From positions 2,816,001-2,880,000 of the forward strand of contig JAXHMG010000003.1 in the NCBI GenBank assembly GCA_034521595.1: DNA of 64,000 bases, read 5' to 3'. This stretch comes from Gemmatimonadota bacterium (lineage in GTDB: Bacteria > Gemmatimonadota > Gemmatimonadetes > Longimicrobiales > Gaopeijiaceae). The notes below the pieces were generated by a model that saw only the letters and a program-made list of their open reading frames with translations, did not search any database and was not told the origin of the DNA. The position numbers and the translations under genes were made by a program. Positions 60,528 through 64,000 of the stretch are shown in pieces (position 1 is the first letter of the stretch; every line of letters begins with the position of its first letter).

Positions 60528-61075
60528 ACGATTGGCACCTTGTGTTCCTGACCGGGCTGGAAGTTCTGGAACCGGACCCAGACTTCGTTTTCGTTACGGA
60601 CCTCGACCTCGAGCTCGTCCATGGCTCGGGGGGCCGGGCTGGCGGGGTCTTCGATCTCCCCGTCGAGCGAGAACCGACTCCGGTGACACGGGCAAGCGAA
60701 GTGCGTAGCCCCCGGAGCCAGGTTCACGAAGCAGCCGGCGTGCGGACACACCACGTTCAGGCAGGTGATGTCGTTGCCCTCGGTTCGACGCAGATACACG
60801 GCGCCGATCGGTGTGTCCTGATAGGTCGTCCAGGCATCGACCCGGTCGTCCGTGACCGTGAACTTCTTGGGAATCCCGTCCGAGGGCAGCACCGGCAGCT
60901 TGGTGACCATCACCATGTTCTGCTCGCCGCTCGTTCTGCGGAGCGGATCGAACAAGGTGGCCAGGCCCGCGAGCACGGGAGCCACGCCCGCCAACCCGCC
61001 GGCGATCACGGCGCCCATCGCCGCCAGGAAGTTCCGGCGCGGTGCGCCGTCCTGCTGTGAGGTTTCGTCGCTCAT
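60524..61075 (-). CDS. Rieske Fe-S subunit of a bc-type complex
   Basis: Tat motif RRNFL, CPHAGC, CPCH, PAPR. ATGA overlap with cytochrome b. Confidence 0.92.
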   Translation of the reverse strand: MSDETSQQDGAPRRNFLAAMGAVIAGGLAGVAPVLAGLATLFDPLRRTSGEQNMVMVTKLPVLPSDGIPKKFTVTDDRVDAWTTYQDTPIGAVYLRRTEGNDITCLNVVCPHAGCFVNLAPGATHFACPCHRSRFSLDGEIEDPASPAPRAMDELEVEVRNENEVWVRFQNFQPGQEHKVPIV

Positions 61076-61380
61076 AAGCGCAATCGTACGATGTATCAAG
61101 TAAGATGAACCCCGGCGATGACATGCCGGGGCCGGTATGAGATGTCGGCCACCGCCCGCGTGGGCAGGTGCGTGGGAAGGGGCCAACGGGCTGGAAATAT
61201 ACGGCAATGCTCTTGGGATCCCACCGCGTGCGCAAGGGCCCGGTACCAACCGGAAGGCTCCACGGTGGCCGCTGGAGCCGTCCCTACCCATGCTCGGCGG
61301 CACCGAACTCGACTCCATGGAGGGGACATGCTCCGCCGACACAACGTTGAAGGGCTCTCACCGCGGGTGAGCCGCCGGGC

Positions 61381-61550
61381 GTGGCCACGTTCTCGGTGCT
61401 CGGATACGACCCCGAGACCGGTGAGGTCGGTGGAGCGGTCCAGTCCCGCGTCTTCTCGGTCGGCAACGGCGTGCTGTGGGCCGAGGCGTGGCCTATAGAG
61501 GGGCGTCAGTTCGCCGTCATGGGTCCCACCGGGAGCGTCGCGGCCCATCG
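61381..61550 (+). pseudogene. DUF1028 (Ntn-hydrolase-like) gene remnant
   Basis: TFSVLGYDPETGEVGGAVQSRVFSVGNGVLWAEA joined directly to WPIEGRQFAVMGPTGSVAAH, after which similarity ends. Confidence 0.65.
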
Positions 61551-61618
61551 CCGAGCTGCGTCGGTTGGTCGAGCTCGCGGCGGAGCAACGCGAGCGGAGC
61601 GGCAGGTGAGCTGTGGCG

Positions 61619-63859
61619 TCACGGAGCGCTTTCGTCCGTGGCCTCCGTCCCCGCTTCCTCGAAGTGCTCCGCGAACCAGTCGAGCAGGCGCCGCCAATGG
61701 TCGTGGAAGCCCTCCTCGGTGCTGGCGCGTCCGGCCCCGTGTCCGCCGGCGGTGTAGTGCACCCAGACCACGTCCTTACCGAGTCGACGAAGCGCGTAGT
61801 ACATCTCGCGCTGGTTGGTGGCCGGCACGTTCCAGTCACCCTCGCCCGTGAGCATGAGCAGGGGCGTGTCGATGCGGTCGGCGAACATCACGGCCGAGTG
61901 TTCGATGTACTTGTGCGGCTGTTCCCAGAGGGTGGCGCCGATACGGTCCTGCCCGACCTCGGCGGCGGCGTAGTTACGCGTGGTGATCTTCGGTGAGTCT
62001 CCGAGGAACGAGATGATGTTGACCTTCCCGGACACGTTGGCGGCCGCGGTGAAGCGGTCCGTCTGGGTGATGAGCAGGTTGACCGCGTAACCTCCGTAGC
62101 TCTGCCCGTACACGCCCACCTTCTCGGCGTCGACCAATCCGCGCTCGATGAGGCCGTTGACCGCGTTCGGCACCGCCTTGAGCCAGGCCTCGCCGGGGTA
62201 TCCCTCCTCGAATTGCACCGACGGCCGCAAGCCGAACCACCCCTGGGCCGTGACGAGATTCATGTTCTCGTGGAAGCCGTTGTCGAAGAAGTCCTCGTAC
62301 ACTTCGACGACGAGCGGGTAGGTGCGGTCCGGGTCGTAGTCGACGGGATAGTAGAGGATGCCGTGCAGCGTGTTCCCGTCCACGTCGAGGTACTCGACCA
62401 GCTCGGTCCGGGCGAGCGGGACGTCGTCGAGCTGGGGGTTGAGCTCGGTGAGCTGGACGGGATCCGCCGTGACAGCCTTGGTCCATACCTCGTCGGGCCG
62501 GTCCCCGTCGGAGCGCGCGTACACCAAGGTGCCGCCGTCTTCGGACACGTTCCATTGGCCGTAGACGGCGTCGTCCAGAATGATCTCGTCCACGGCTCCG
62601 GAGGCGAGGTCGAGGCGCTTGATCCCCCGTTGCCAACGGTCCCGCGCGGAGTAGGTGAAGAGCAGGTGCTCTCCGTCCCGGGTCCAGCGCTCCACGGAAC
62701 GGCGGGGGCGCTCGTCCTCGTTCTCCTCGAGCTCGAATACCGTGGCGAGCGGGCCGCCGTCCGCGGGGACCTGGTGCCACCCTTCCTCCGAGGTGAGCAG
62801 GAGGTGCTCGCCGTCGGGGCTCCAACGCTCGACCGAGAAGTCGGTCTCGACGGTGTCGCCCGGGAGGGTACGGAGCCCCTCGGTCACGTCGCGGGGCTCG
62901 TCCGCGTCGATCCCGCGGACCAGGACGGCGCCGTCCTCGGTGTACGCGAAGGCGTCTCGTGCCCGGGTCCAGCGAACGTCGATGCGGTCTTCCGTGGGCT
63001 CGACCAGCTCGCGACGCTCGCCGCTCTCCAGATCGAGGGCCGTGACGCCGTACTCGGTACCGTCCCGGCGCGTATACGACGTCTCGGTGGGCACGGCGGT
63101 CGTGTAGGTGATCCGCGCCCCGTCCTCCGTGAAACCGGGATCCCGGGGCACCGCGTCGGTCGGGAGCTCGCGGACGGATCCGTCCGCCACGGAGACGAGC
63201 ACCGTCACCTGCTCGTCCTCGAGGTCACGCACCCGATCCCAGGCCAAAAAATCATTCCGTGAGTCCTGCACGATCACCGGCGCTTCGGTCATCGCGTGGA
63301 ACGCCTCCCGGGCACGGCTCTCCCAACCGTCGGGCCGGAGCCCGAGCAGCAGCGTCTCTCCGTCCGGCGCCCACACGACCGGAGAGGACGAGGCGATCGG
63401 CTTGCCCGAATCCAGCGGGAGCGTGCGGGCCCGCCCCTCCTCGGCATCGTATATGCGGAGACGGAACGCGTCACCGTCATACAGCAAGTAGGCCAAGCGA
63501 TCGCCCTCGGGGGACCAGGTGAAGTCACTGACCTGGGCCGGCTCCTCGTGCAGCCAGACGCGCTCGCCGCTGCGCGTGTCCACGACCATCGCCGTGACCA
63601 GCGACGGCGCCACGTACGTGGGATCTCCGAAGCGCTCGTGATCGGTATCGAGGCGTCCGCGACGGGTCCGCAAGGTGACCGCGGCACGCGCTCCGTCGTC
63701 CGTGACCGCCACGATCCGGGGCGACCGCACGTCCAGCGCCAACTCGGTGTCGAAGCGCTGCTGGGCTTGCGCCGCTCCGGGCAGCGGCGTGCCGGCCATC
63801 GTCAGGAGGCAGATGAGCGGGATAGCGAATCGACGGATCGGGGAGCGGGTCGGGCACAT
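61619..63859 (-). CDS. Secreted S9 (prolyl oligopeptidase family) peptidase
   Basis: Signal peptide, beta-propeller repeats, GQSYGG, GEGDWNV, GGHG. Confidence 0.92.
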   Translation of the reverse strand: MCPTRSPIRRFAIPLICLLTMAGTPLPGAAQAQQRFDTELALDVRSPRIVAVTDDGARAAVTLRTRRGRLDTDHERFGDPTYVAPSLVTAMVVDTRSGERVWLHEEPAQVSDFTWSPEGDRLAYLLYDGDAFRLRIYDAEEGRARTLPLDSGKPIASSSPVVWAPDGETLLLGLRPDGWESRAREAFHAMTEAPVIVQDSRNDFLAWDRVRDLEDEQVTVLVSVADGSVRELPTDAVPRDPGFTEDGARITYTTAVPTETSYTRRDGTEYGVTALDLESGERRELVEPTEDRIDVRWTRARDAFAYTEDGAVLVRGIDADEPRDVTEGLRTLPGDTVETDFSVERWSPDGEHLLLTSEEGWHQVPADGGPLATVFELEENEDERPRRSVERWTRDGEHLLFTYSARDRWQRGIKRLDLASGAVDEIILDDAVYGQWNVSEDGGTLVYARSDGDRPDEVWTKAVTADPVQLTELNPQLDDVPLARTELVEYLDVDGNTLHGILYYPVDYDPDRTYPLVVEVYEDFFDNGFHENMNLVTAQGWFGLRPSVQFEEGYPGEAWLKAVPNAVNGLIERGLVDAEKVGVYGQSYGGYAVNLLITQTDRFTAAANVSGKVNIISFLGDSPKITTRNYAAAEVGQDRIGATLWEQPHKYIEHSAVMFADRIDTPLLMLTGEGDWNVPATNQREMYYALRRLGKDVVWVHYTAGGHGAGRASTEEGFHDHWRRLLDWFAEHFEEAGTEATDESAP

Positions 63860-64000
63860 GAGGTCCTCTCAGGAATGCGTACGGGGACACGTCGAGCGGC
63901 GGCTCCTCGGGCGAGCACCTACCTCATCATACGGTGCGGGGCGGGCCACCGCGACCGGCCTTTCGCACGCCGCGGCAGCACGCTACCCGTCGAGGTGTTC

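Overview
High-GC bacterial chromosome segment. The gene set looks Gemmatimonadota-like, but that is an unverified impression. It has four zones. (1) 1-10.7 kb is a signalling cluster: a divergent multi-PAS histidine kinase, a stand-alone CarH-type cobalamin-binding protein, a sensor-less kinase, a LuxR regulator, kaiB-kaiC (no kaiA), a hybrid kinase, and a convergent heme oxygenase fused to a globin/phycobilin-like domain. (2) 10.9-16.1 kb is an accessory stretch with RES-Xre, PIN-DUF6364 and a decayed HicAB toxin-antitoxin module, the last bracketed by a 76-bp direct repeat. (3) 16.2-29.2 kb is a complete type I-G (I-U) CRISPR-Cas locus: cas3-cas8g-cas7-csb2-cas4/1-cas2 and about 48 repeats, all on the minus strand. 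(4) 29.5-64 kb is mostly housekeeping: suf operon, ogt, cfa/DUF1365 lipid cluster, msrB-DUF1326-DUF2182, proteases, ccdA/dsbA, pduO, ferredoxin, and a Rieske plus cytochrome b-diheme c fusion. The best candidate for an undescribed system is zone 1, a possible B12/bilin light-input pathway wired to a KaiA-less KaiBC timer. All family calls come from recognising motifs by eye; no database search was run.
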